A stretch of 32,000 nucleotides of DNA, taken from NCBI RefSeq assembly GCF_000009605.1, contig NC_002528.1, positions 330,001 to 362,000 of the forward strand, in the 5' to 3' direction. The translations under genes were made by a program, and so were the position numbers. Each line of letters opens with the position of its first letter. Positions within the stretch are counted from its first letter, which is position 1. Origin of the DNA: Buchnera aphidicola str. APS (Acyrthosiphon pisum) (lineage in GTDB: Bacteria; Pseudomonadota; Gammaproteobacteria; Enterobacterales; Enterobacteriaceae). The notes beneath the pieces were generated by a model. The model saw only the letters and a list, made by a program, of their open reading frames with translations. It had not been told where the DNA came from and ran no database searches. Shown in pieces: positions 13,716-23,924 of this stretch.

Positions 13716-14999
13716 TCAGATTTTACTGATAGATAAAAAATCTTTAAAATAAGATGGAAAAGTTTTTGAAATACAATTAGGATTAAGTATGTTGACACCT
13801 ACTCCAGATAAAGATATAAGTGAAAAACACATAGCCATGCGATGATCGTTATAAGTTTCAATACTAGAGTATTGAAAAAAAATAGGTGGAGAAATAGATA
13901 AAAAGTCTCTACCCTCTTCAACTATAGCACCGATCTTTCTTAATTCTATAGTCATGGCAGATAAACGATCAGTTTCTTTAACTCGCCAGTTATATATATT
14001 TCTAATAATCGTCGTGCCTTTAGAAAAAAGAGCTAAAATTGCCACAGTCATTGCTGCATCAGGAATATGGTTCATATCTAAATCTATTGCGTTTAATTTA
14101 TTACGGGTACAAGTAATAGAATAGTCTTCCCAAAAAATTGTCGCTCCCATTTTTTCAAGAATATTTGCAAATTCTATATCACCTTGAATACTTTTTTTGC
14201 CAACACCAGTAACTTTAATAGAACCACCTTTAATAGCAGCAGCAGCTAAAAAATAAGAAGCTGAAGAAGCATCTCCTTCAATTGTATATTTTCCTGGTGT
14301 TTTATACTGTTGTTTACCTTTAATATAGAATACATTATAAGAATCATGTTCAATATTGACTCCAAAAATTTTAATTAAATTCAATGTAATATCAATATAA
14401 GGTTTAGAAACTAAATTTCCTTTTATAAAGATTGTGGTATCTTTTAAAGCAAGAGGAGTACTTATTAATAATGATGTTAAAAATTGACTAGAAATATTCC
14501 CATTTAAAAAAATAGAACCTCCTAAAAAACCCCCTTTTGTACATATAGGAGGATATCCTTTATTTTTTTTATATTCTATAACAGCACCTCCTTGTATTAA
14601 AGCGTCGACAAGGTCTCCAATCGGTCTTTCGTGCATTCTATCATCGCCATTTAATAAAATGTTATTTTTATGTAAAGATAATACAGAAAGAAGAGGTCGT
14701 ATAGCAGTACCTGCATTTCCTAAATACAATGAAATAGCTTCAGATAAATGAAAAGGTCCTCCTATTCCTTGAACATGACATGTTTTTTTATCATCAGATA
14801 AATTATACCTAACTCCTAGTTTTTTTAAAGCATTCAACATGTGTTGAGTGTCATGACTATTTAGTAAATTAGTTAAACATGTTGTGCCCTTAGCTATTGA
14901 AGAAAGTAATAAAACTCTATTCGAAATACTTTTTGAACCCGGCAAACAAACAGTTCCATTTACATGAGAGATTGGTTTTAAATCAAGAGAATTTTGCAT
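13716..14999 (-). CDS. aroA: 3-phosphoshikimate 1-carboxyvinyltransferase (EPSP synthase)
   Basis: 427-aa ORF; [51 protein letters not shown] motifs. Confidence 0.97.
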   Translation of the reverse strand: MQNSLDLKPISHVNGTVCLPGSKSISNRVLLLSSIAKGTTCLTNLLNSHDTQHMLNALKKLGVRYNLSDDKKTCHVQGIGGPFHLSEAISLYLGNAGTAIRPLLSVLSLHKNNILLNGDDRMHERPIGDLVDALIQGGAVIEYKKNKGYPPICTKGGFLGGSIFLNGNISSQFLTSLLISTPLALKDTTIFIKGNLVSKPYIDITLNLIKIFGVNIEHDSYNVFYIKGKQQYKTPGKYTIEGDASSASYFLAAAAIKGGSIKVTGVGKKSIQGDIEFANILEKMGATIFWEDYSITCTRNKLNAIDLDMNHIPDAAMTVAILALFSKGTTIIRNIYNWRVKETDRLSAMTIELRKIGAIVEEGRDFLSISPPIFFQYSSIETYNDHRMAMCFSLISLSGVGVNILNPNCISKTFPSYFKDFLSISKI

Positions 15000-15065
15000 G
15001 ATAAATATACGCTCTATTTAATTAAAGTTCAAAAATAGTATTTTAAAAAATAAACTAGAGATAAT

Positions 15066-16151
15066 TCATCCATATCGCTTTTCAAAATACGACATAAATT
15101 TTACTAAAGATTCAACACCTTCTAATGGCATAGCATTATAAAGAGATGCACGCATTCCACCTACTATACTATGCCCTCTTAAATAATTTAAACCTGTTTT
15201 AGAAGCTTCTTTTAAAAAAATATAATTTAATTTAGGATTAACAAGATGAAAAACAACATTCATTTGTGATCTGTGTTTACTATTTATTTTATTTATATAA
15301 AAATCACTATTATCTATTTTTTTGTATAATAAATCTGATTTTTTTTTATTTAATTTTTCAATTGCTTTCAAACCACCTTGTTTTTTTAACCATTTAAAAA
15401 CTAATCCTGATAGATACCAAGCAAACGTAGGTGGTGTATTGAACATAGAATGATGGTCTGATATTTTTTTATAATCTAAAATCGAAGGAGTCATCTTCGA
15501 CGAATATCCTATAATATTTTTTCGAATAATAATTATAGTTATGCCTGCAGGACCAATATTTTTTTGAGCACCTGCATAAATGAGATCATAGTTTTTTATG
15601 TTAATTGAACGCGATAATATAAAAGATGAAAAGTCTCCAACAACAATTTTGTTTTCAAAGACCGGCTCTTCATAAATTGATAATCCATCTATTGTTTCGT
15701 TCGGACAATAATGAATATATGCAGAATTTTCGTTAATATTCCATTTATGCATTGGTAAAAGGGATTCTTTTACACCATTAGTTTCTCTGATAAATATAGA
15801 TCGAGGAGTGCAGTATTTTTTAGCTTCCATGAAAGCTGAATTTGACCAATAACCACTATTAATATAATCTGCTGTCTGTAAATTATTCAATAAATTCATT
15901 GGAATAGCGGAAAATTGGCCCCTAGCACCGCCTTGACAAAACAATACTTTAAAAGAATCTGGTATTTTTAATAAATCTCTTAAGTCTTTTTCAGCTTCTA
16001 AAGCCATTTGAATAAATTCTTCACTACGATGACTGATTTCCATTATAGAAGAACCTAAATTCTTCCAATTATGCAATTCTTTTTTAGCCTGATTAAGAAC
16101 ATCTCTTGGAATCATAGCTGGACCGGCACTAAAATTATAAATTAAATTCAT
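15066..16151 (-). CDS. serC: Phosphoserine aminotransferase
   Basis: 361-aa ORF; YNFSAGPAMIP, CQGGARGQFSAIPMNLL, YAGAQKNIGPAG (PLP lysine), GGMRASLYNAMP motifs. Confidence 0.97.
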   Translation of the reverse strand: MNLIYNFSAGPAMIPRDVLNQAKKELHNWKNLGSSIMEISHRSEEFIQMALEAEKDLRDLLKIPDSFKVLFCQGGARGQFSAIPMNLLNNLQTADYINSGYWSNSAFMEAKKYCTPRSIFIRETNGVKESLLPMHKWNINENSAYIHYCPNETIDGLSIYEEPVFENKIVVGDFSSFILSRSINIKNYDLIYAGAQKNIGPAGITIIIIRKNIIGYSSKMTPSILDYKKISDHHSMFNTPPTFAWYLSGLVFKWLKKQGGLKAIEKLNKKKSDLLYKKIDNSDFYINKINSKHRSQMNVVFHLVNPKLNYIFLKEASKTGLNYLRGHSIVGGMRASLYNAMPLEGVESLVKFMSYFEKRYG

Positions 16152-16189
16152 GATTCCACCAATGAAATTTTTTCTATTTTATTAATCAA

Positions 16190-17473
16190 CTAGTTTATAA
16201 ATTCTAATCCCTGCATATATTTCTTTTGTAAAACTTTGGGAATCTCTATGCGACCATTAGAATGTTGATAATTTTCTAAAATAGCAGCTAATGTTCTGCC
16301 TATTGCCAAACCAGAACCATTTAATGTGTGTACAAAAAAATTTTTTTGTTCAGATTTTTTTCTATAACGAGCTTTTATACGACGAGCTTGAAAATCGCTC
16401 ATATTAGAACATGATGAAACTTCTCTATATTTTTTTTCAGAAGGAAACCAAACTTCTAAATCGTAAGTTTTTACTGCTGCAAAACCTGTATCCCCTGTGC
16501 ATAAAAGCATTTTTCTATATGGTAAATTTAGAAGTTGTAAAACTTTTTCCGCATGATTAGTTAGTTTTTCTAATGCTTCATAAGATTTCTCTGGTTTAAC
16601 AATCTGTACTAATTCTACTTTATCAAATTGATGCAATCGAATTAATCCTTTAGTATCACGTCCATAAGAAGATGCTTCTGATCGGAAACAAGGAGTATGT
16701 GCAGTTAACATGATAGGTAAATCTTTTTCGTCTATGATTTGATCATAGACTAAATTAGTTAATGGAACTTCTCCAGTAGGAATTAATATGTACTTTTTTT
16801 TATCTGTCAAATTTATATGGAATAAATCATCACTGAATTTTGGTAATTGTCCTGTTCCATATAGAGCTTCAGAATGAACTAAATAAGGAACATAAGATTC
16901 TATATAACCATGTTTTAAAGTATGCAAGTCTAACATAAATTGACTAAGTGCACGGTGTAAAAGAGCAATTTTTCCCTTCATTATAACAAATCGTGATCCT
17001 GACATTTGTGCAGAAGATTTCCAATCTAATTCGTTAAATTTTTTTCCTAGCTCTATATGATCTTGGATTTCAAAATCATACTTCTTTTTTTGACCCCAGT
17101 ATTTAATTTCTTTATTATTAATCGATGTATTTCCCTCTGGAACATCGTCAGAAGGAATATTAGGTATGCACATAGAAAAATGATGTATTTTTTCTTTTAA
17201 AGAATTAAGTTCAATTTTAGAAGCGTTTAAATCTTTACTTGACTGTATAACTTGATGTCTTAACAATTCATTTTTATTCTTAATATTTTTGTTTTCTTTA
17301 AATAAATTTGATAAAGCATTATGCTTAAATTGCAAATTTTCAGTTTGAATCTGTAAAGTTTTTCTTTTTTCTTCCATAGAAGAAATTTTAGAAATATTTA
17401 ATTTATAACCTTTTTTTAATAGTTTTTTGGCTGTTAAATGTAATTCATTTCGTAATAAATAAGGATTTAACAT
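16190..17473 (-). CDS. serS: Seryl-tRNA synthetase
   Basis: 427-aa ORF; class II aaRS motifs ([30 protein letters not shown]; [17 protein letters not shown]). Confidence 0.97.
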
Positions 17474-17820
17474 AGAGTGTTTTGCTCTTTTTGATTATCA
17501 ATGAAATTGTTTTTTTAAAAAATGTTAAATTTTTTTATAAGTGAATCATATATACAAAAAAATATTAAGTTTTATTTATAAAAACAAAGAATATTCTTTA
17601 AATCTAAAATAATAATCTTAATAGATTAAAATCTATTTTATATTATTTAAAAAAATATAATAGTGCTGTTATTAAACAATTTAATTAAAAATAACGCTGA
17701 TTATTTTATATTCCAATATTGTACAAAAAAAGAATTAATTTTTAATATCGTATAAAAACTATAATATTTATTATATTCTCAAGCAACTACATTACAGAGA
17801 TATTTTTTAAGGAAATTAAA

Positions 17821-18780
17821 GTGGATAAAGTTAAGCATAGTAAAATTATTATTTTAGGATCTGGACCAGCAGGTTATACTGCAGCTATATATGCTGCAAG
17901 AGCTAATTTAGATCCCTTTTTGATTACTGGGACAAATAAAGGAGGGCAATTAATGAATACTAATGAAATTGAGAATTGGCCGGGAGATTATAATAAAATA
18001 AGCGGGTCAGAATTAATGAATCGTATGTATAAACATGCTATTGAACTCAAGACTAAAGTAATCTGCGATACTGTAATTTCAGTAAATTTTAAAAAAAACC
18101 CTTTTTTTTTAATAGGGGAAAATAATAAATATACTGCTGATTCAGTTATTATTGCTACCGGAGCAAATCCTCGTTATTTAGGACTACAATCAGAAAGTTT
18201 ATTTAAAGGAAAAGGTGTTTCAACATGTGCTGTATGCGACGGTTTTTTTTATAAAAACAAAGAAGTTGCAGTTGTAGGAGGGGGTAATACAGCTATAGAA
18301 GAAACATTATATTTATCTAATTTCGTTAAAAAAGTTCATTTAATACACCGTGGAATTAATTTTAGAGCTGAAAAAATTTTACTTGACAGATTGGAAAAAA
18401 AAATAAAATCACAAAAAATAATAATTTATTTAAATTCTATTGTCAAAAATATATTAGGAAACTCTTCTGGAGTGACAGCGTTATTAATTGAACAAAAGAA
18501 CTCAAAAGAAAAAACAGAATCAAAAATTCAAGTTTCCGGATTATTTGTTGCAATCGGATACACCCCCAACACCAATATATTTGTTAATAAGTTAAAAATG
18601 AAAGATGGTTATATTCAAGTAACACGACAGGAACATGGAAATTACACTCAAACAAGTATTCCTGGTATATTTGCTGCAGGGGATGTAATAGATCACGTAT
18701 ACAGGCAAGCAATCACATCCTCTGCTAGTGGCTGTATGGCGGCTTTAGATAGTGAACGTTATATTAATTCTTTAGTATAA
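17821..18780 (+). CDS. trxB: Thioredoxin reductase
   Basis: 319-aa ORF with possible GTG start; GSGPAGYTAAIYAARA, redox CAVCDG, VVGGGNTAIEE, GIFAAGDV motifs. Confidence 0.96.
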   Translation: MDKVKHSKIIILGSGPAGYTAAIYAARANLDPFLITGTNKGGQLMNTNEIENWPGDYNKISGSELMNRMYKHAIELKTKVICDTVISVNFKKNPFFLIGENNKYTADSVIIATGANPRYLGLQSESLFKGKGVSTCAVCDGFFYKNKEVAVVGGGNTAIEETLYLSNFVKKVHLIHRGINFRAEKILLDRLEKKIKSQKIIIYLNSIVKNILGNSSGVTALLIEQKNSKEKTESKIQVSGLFVAIGYTPNTNIFVNKLKMKDGYIQVTRQEHGNYTQTSIPGIFAAGDVIDHVYRQAITSSASGCMAALDSERYINSLV

Positions 18781-18839
18781 AAAAAACTGCATATTGAGAA
18801 TATTATATCATTTAAATACTAGTCAAAATGACTAGTATC

Positions 18840-18848
18840 TGATATAAT
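18840..18848 (+). promoter_or_regulatory. Extended -10-like element (TGATATAAT) upstream of infA
   Basis: TG-N-TATAAT match about 40 nt upstream of the infA start, immediately 3' of a perfect 10-bp dyad. Confidence 0.4.
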
Positions 18849-18886
18849 TAATAAAGTTTTTTAACTATAATAATTATGAGAAAAAA

Positions 18887-19105
18887 ATGTCTAAAGAAGA
18901 AAATATTGAAATGCAGGGAGTGGTAATAGATACGTTACCAAATACAATGTTTCGTGTTGAACTAGAAAACAAACATATTGTTACGGCACATATATCAGGA
19001 AAAATGAGAAAAAATTATATCAGAATATTAACAGGAGATAAGGTTACCGTAGAACTAACACCATATGATTTAACCAAGGGAAGAATTATTTTTAGAAGTC
19101 GTTAA
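18887..19105 (+). CDS. infA: Translation initiation factor IF-1
   Basis: 72-aa ORF; S1-like fold, [60 protein letters not shown]. Confidence 0.98.
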   Translation: MSKEENIEMQGVVIDTLPNTMFRVELENKHIVTAHISGKMRKNYIRILTGDKVTVELTPYDLTKGRIIFRSR

Positions 19106-19273
19106 TAGAAGCTCGAAGAAAAAATAATATTAAAAACATAAAAAATCAATTATTCTCTGATAAATAAAATTCACTTCCCCAAACTTATCTATATTTAAAA
19201 AATCTTTTAAAAAAACTAAATAAAATAAATTTTTTCTTATTTTAAAAAATAAAAAAAATTTTAAAGAGAATTT

Positions 19274-21034
19274 ATGCGTACTAAATATTGTGGAAATATT
19301 CGAATCAGTCATGTAAATAAAAAAGTAAAATTATGTGGTTGGGTACATAAGGTAAGAAACCTTGGTCAATTTATTTTTGTTGATATGAGAGATTATACTG
19401 GACTCGTTCAAGTTATATTTGAATTAAAAAATTATAAAATTTTTAAAAAAGCTTTAAATTTAAGAAATGAATTTTGTATTCAAGTTTTTGGTACAGTACA
19501 AAAAAGAGAAAAAAAAAATCAAAATATAAAAATTAGAACTGGAGAAATAGAAATATTAGCAAATGTATTAAACATTTTAAATACTTCTAAATCGTTACCA
19601 TTAAATTTTACGCAAGAAAATAATGATGACTCAAGATTGAAATATCGATATTTAGATCTGCGTTCTTTTGATATTTTAGAAAATCTTAAAATAAGAAATA
19701 AAATAACTTATTTAATAAGAAATTTTATGACAAAAAAAAATTTTTTAGATATTGAGACTCCTATTCTTACTAAATCTACACCGGAAGGTGCAAGAGATTA
19801 TTTAGTACCTAGTCGAAATCATTACGGAAAATTTTATGCACTACCCCAATCTCCTCAACTATTCAAGCAAATATTAATGATTTCTGGAATAGATAGATAC
19901 TATCAGATAGTAAAATGTTTTCGTGATGAGGATTTACGTTCAGATCGACAACCAGAATTCACGCAAATTGATATTGAAGTCTCTTTTATGAGTGCTAAAA
20001 AAATACGTAATTTAGTAGAAAATCTTATAAAAAAACTTTGGTTAGAAATAAGAAATATTAATTTAAAAAAATTTCCTCAAATATCTTTTCATGAAGCTAT
20101 GAAAAAATATGGATCAGATAAACCTGATTTACGTAATCCAATCGAAATTATTGATGTGTCTAATATATTTAAAGATAAAAAATTTATATCATTTTTTAAT
20201 TTAAATCCTCAAAAAAATAATAGAATAGCATTATTATGTATTTCTAAAGGTGCACATTTAAGTAGAAAAAAAATTGATGATTATACTAAATACGTACAAA
20301 GATTTGATGCAAAAAAATTATTTTATATGAAAATAAAAGAATGCAAACTTGGATGTTTAGGTATTCATAGTTCTATAAAAAATATTTTAGATGAAATTAT
20401 TTTAAAAGAAATTATAGAAAAAAGCCAATCTAAAAACGGAGATATATTATTTTTAATTGCTGATCAGGAGCATATTGTCAATAAGTCACTTGGTATGTTA
20501 CGTTTAAAAATAGGAATTGATCTAAATATTACTAAAAAAAATAGATGGGAACCCCTTTGGATAGTTAATTTTCCTATGTTCGATAAAGATATACAAGGAA
20601 ATTTATCTTCTGTTCATCATCCATTTACTGCTGTGAAAAATATGGATAGAGAAATATTAAAAAATTCACCTGATCTTGCTATTTCAGATAGCTATGATCT
20701 TATAATAAATGGTTATGAAATTGGTGGAGGTTCAGTACGTATTCATGATGTTAACATGCAAAAACAAGTTTTTGATATTATTGGTATAAAAAAATCTATG
20801 CAAAATGAAAAATTCGGATTTTTAATAGAAGCATTAAAATATGGTGCTCCTCCACATGCAGGTATAGCTTTAGGATTAGATAGAATAGTCATGCTTTTAA
20901 CTAACAGTAAAAATATTAGAGATGTTATAGCTTTTCCAAAAACAACATCAGCAACCTGTTTAATGACCAATTCTCCTAGTACAGTAGATAATTTATTGTT
21001 ACAAGAATTAGCAATAAAACATTTAAAAAAATAA
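19274..21034 (+). CDS. aspS: Aspartyl-tRNA synthetase
   Basis: 586-aa ORF; FVDMRDYTGLVQVIF, RYLDLR, FRDEDLRSDRQPEFTQIDIE, GLALGLDRIVML-like IALGLDRIVMLL. Confidence 0.97.
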   Translation: MRTKYCGNIRISHVNKKVKLCGWVHKVRNLGQFIFVDMRDYTGLVQVIFELKNYKIFKKALNLRNEFCIQVFGTVQKREKKNQNIKIRTGEIEILANVLNILNTSKSLPLNFTQENNDDSRLKYRYLDLRSFDILENLKIRNKITYLIRNFMTKKNFLDIETPILTKSTPEGARDYLVPSRNHYGKFYALPQSPQLFKQILMISGIDRYYQIVKCFRDEDLRSDRQPEFTQIDIEVSFMSAKKIRNLVENLIKKLWLEIRNINLKKFPQISFHEAMKKYGSDKPDLRNPIEIIDVSNIFKDKKFISFFNLNPQKNNRIALLCISKGAHLSRKKIDDYTKYVQRFDAKKLFYMKIKECKLGCLGIHSSIKNILDEIILKEIIEKSQSKNGDILFLIADQEHIVNKSLGMLRLKIGIDLNITKKNRWEPLWIVNFPMFDKDIQGNLSSVHHPFTAVKNMDREILKNSPDLAISDSYDLIINGYEIGGGSVRIHDVNMQKQVFDIIGIKKSMQNEKFGFLIEALKYGAPPHAGIALGLDRIVMLLTNSKNIRDVIAFPKTTSATCLMTNSPSTVDNLLLQELAIKHLKK

Positions 21035-21046
21035 GCTTTTATTTTT
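21027..21046. terminator. Candidate bidirectional hairpin at the aspS/znuB convergent junction
   Basis: AAAAATAA-GCTT-TTATTTTT, 8-bp AT-only stem overlapping the aspS stop codon; convergent ORFs only 10 bp apart. Confidence 0.35.
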
Positions 21047-21842
21047 AATAAAAATGTTTTTTTATGTTACTTATTAAACATAAAAAAGAAGAACATAAAA
21101 CAATAGATGGACTAGCTGGTGTATTATAAAAAACAGATAAAGATATTCCTCCTGTAACAGATAAAATACTTACTATAATGGCAATTATAACCATTTTTTC
21201 CGGAGAACCTGAAAAATGTTGAGCAGTTGCAGGTGGAATAATTAATAAAGAAGTAATTAATAACGCACCTACAAATTTAATTGCTATAGCAATAGTAAAA
21301 GCTGTCATTAACATTATAGTTAAACGGGCATAAAGCACGTTTATACCGTCTATTTGAGATAATTCCTCATTAATAGTTGATGATAAGATAGAATGCCAAC
21401 GAAACAGCAGAATACTTAGTATTAATATACTGCTTATTGAAATAGTGATTAAATCATTTTTTGTTACAGATAGTAAATCACCAAATAAATAATTTGTAAT
21501 ATTTATTTCTTTTTTAGAAGATATCAAACTAATAAAGACCATTCCTAAAGATAATGAACTATGTGAGATTATATTTAATACAGTGTCTAATGAAACGGGT
21601 AATAGCTCTTCTAACCATGCCAAAATAATCGCAATGAAACTCATAAGAATTAGAATAGCATAAAATGAATTAATATTGAATGCAATAGATAATGCTATAC
21701 CAAGTAAAGAAGAGTGTGATAAAGTATCACCAAAAGATGACATACGACGCCACACGATAAATGATCCTAATGGACCAGTTGTTAAAGATAGCAAAACACC
21801 TGCTAACCATCCCGGAAAAATAAGTTCAAACATAAAAACCAC
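21045..21842 (-). CDS. znuB: High-affinity zinc ABC transporter, membrane subunit
   Basis: 265-aa multi-TM ORF of the ABC-3 family; adjacent to the znuC ATPase ORF. Confidence 0.92.
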   Translation of the reverse strand: MVFMFELIFPGWLAGVLLSLTTGPLGSFIVWRRMSSFGDTLSHSSLLGIALSIAFNINSFYAILILMSFIAIILAWLEELLPVSLDTVLNIISHSSLSLGMVFISLISSKKEINITNYLFGDLLSVTKNDLITISISSILILSILLFRWHSILSSTINEELSQIDGINVLYARLTIMLMTAFTIAIAIKFVGALLITSLLIIPPATAQHFSGSPEKMVIIAIIVSILSVTGGISLSVFYNTPASPSIVLCSSFLCLISNIKKHFY

Positions 21843-21890
21843 TCTATAATTACTATGTTATTTTTTTAAAAAAAACACAATGTTATATAT

Positions 21891-22607
21891 TTAAAAATTA
21901 TGAATATGATTATGATTATGATGATAAATTGCTAATTCTTGAACACGTTTTAATCCAAATATAGAAATAAATTCTAGATTATTGCAAACAGTTTCTGGGG
22001 TTCCAGAACAACAAATATGATTATTTAGACAAATAACATCATCAGTTTTCGCCATAACAAAATTTAAATCATGAGAAACAATTAAAATAGCACATTGTAA
22101 TTCATGTCGAATTTCATTAATTAATTTATATAAAGCTAATTGTCCCATTACATCTACTCCTTGTGTTGGTTCATCTAACACCAGTAGATTAGGATTGTTT
22201 AACAAAGCTTTAGCAAAAAGTATTCGTTGCATTTCTCCACCAGATAATTTTTGTAATTGACAAAATTTTAAAGATTCTGCTTTTACACGTTTTAACATCT
22301 CTTCTATTTTTATGTTATTTGTTTTTCGTGATAATTTCATAAATCGTTCTACCGTAATAGGAAGAAGAGTATTAAGATGTAGTTTTTGAGGTACATAACC
22401 AACAGATAAATTGTTTGAACGAATAATTGTACCTGAATTAGGTTTTATTAATCCTAAAATAATACGTACTAAAGTAGATTTTCCAGCTCCATTAGGTCCA
22501 ATTAAAGTAAGAACACGATTAGAAATTAATGATAACGATATATCAGTAAGAATAGAACGATGAGATAAATTCACACAAACATTTTTTAATTTTACGAATT
22601 CAAACAT
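21891..22607 (-). CDS. znuC: Zinc ABC transporter, ATP-binding subunit
   Basis: 238-aa ORF; Walker A GPNGAGKST, signature LSGGEMQRILFAKAL, Walker B LLVLDEPTQGVD, His-rich C-terminus (YHHNHNHIHNF). Confidence 0.93.
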   Translation of the reverse strand: MFEFVKLKNVCVNLSHRSILTDISLSLISNRVLTLIGPNGAGKSTLVRIILGLIKPNSGTIIRSNNLSVGYVPQKLHLNTLLPITVERFMKLSRKTNNIKIEEMLKRVKAESLKFCQLQKLSGGEMQRILFAKALLNNPNLLVLDEPTQGVDVMGQLALYKLINEIRHELQCAILIVSHDLNFVMAKTDDVICLNNHICCSGTPETVCNNLEFISIFGLKRVQELAIYHHNHNHIHNF

Positions 22608-23924
22608 AGTTTTATAAATTATTTTTTTTAAATTCTAATATTATAGGATATATTTTAAAAAATAAAAATTAATATTATATGAAAAAACAATAGTATTGAT
22701 TTTCAATTTATTATTCTTTGTTCCACGTTAGTTAACAACAAAATATTTGAAAATACTGGGATATGTTATAAAAAATTATCAATTAACAGAATTTTATAGA
22801 CTTAATTATATTATAAAAATCTATACTCAATAGTTATTCTTAATACATACTTTATATATATAAAAAAATAGTGCCTATTCATAAAAAAAATAAATAATAC
22901 TAAATTTTCAAGAAAATTAAAAACATTTTTTAAAAATATAGTAGTAAATATGTTAAAACTGTTTAATATGCACTATAAGTGATACTTAGTTCAATTAAGA
23001 TTGATTTATGTTAAAAAAGATACTTTCTTATTAATTTTCTTGTGAAGTATATTTATAAATAATTTTTAAAAATATTATTTATCCATATTTTTTAAACAAT
23101 ACCTTAAATCTGAATAAAAATTTATAAATATAAAAAAATAAAGAATTAATCTTATAAAACAGAATTATCATATTTTTCTATAATTATCTAATATAAATAT
23201 TAGCGTTTTTGTTTATCATTTAGAATAAATACCAGAAAAGATAATTTTAAAATAATTAATATAAAAATATAAATAAAATAGTTTTATTTAAATTCTTTAT
23301 CATATATTTTTTAAATAGAATACCTTTAAAAAATATGATACATACGAAAAATATTTCTTTTAATTTTTTTATATATTTAATTTATTAAAATATAATGCAT
23401 TCATTACGTAATTGATTTCTTTATTCATACCTATTTGTTAGTTTTTAAAAAAATAAAAAGATTTTATAAAAAAAATTTATCTATTTTTAGAAATACATAT
23501 AATTTTTTAAATATTACTTAAAATTGATATTACTTAAAATAATTTTTTATTTTTATTAGAATTAACATTAAGTATTGAATACATTTTGATATTTAATTAA
23601 AATTCAACATAAATTTTTTCTGATTTTAAATAAAAATATATCAAAAGAAAAAATACAATTTTTAAAAAAATATTTTGAAATAATATTATTAAATGGTAAA
23701 TCTCCTTTATTTTATATTAAATATTCTTTTTTTCATTGAAAATTATAGAAAGATTTAAAAGAATCACATTTTTCACATGAAAAATGACATTTATCTTATA
23801 TTAATAATAAAAATTAATATATATAATATTCAAAAAATTTTTTAGTTTAAATGTAAAAATAAGAACAAAATACATGTAATCACGGAAACAAGTGTTAAAA
23901 AATAAAATTTTTAATAATAAAAAA
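22608..23924. other. Long AT-rich non-coding spacer (probable gene graveyard) between znuC and pykA
   Basis: No ORF in the track over ~1.3 kb, whereas most other junctions here are under 350 bp; E. coli carries znuA, mepM and lpxM at this position. Confidence 0.7.

Noticed and set aside
19130-19312. 60-aa ORF across the infA-aspS spacer
   Set aside because: Its sequence (MTDSNIS...) is read from the minus strand antisense to the aspS start, is low-complexity (Phe/Lys/Leu rich), and has no recognizable family.
20743-20970. 75-aa ORF antisense to aspS
   Set aside because: Fully within conserved aspS C-terminal coding sequence; no recognizable domain.
22608-23924. Idea that the 1.3-kb spacer encodes a novel small protein or system
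   Set aside because: No ORF reported in any frame and only simple AT-rich sequence; gene decay is the more economical explanation.
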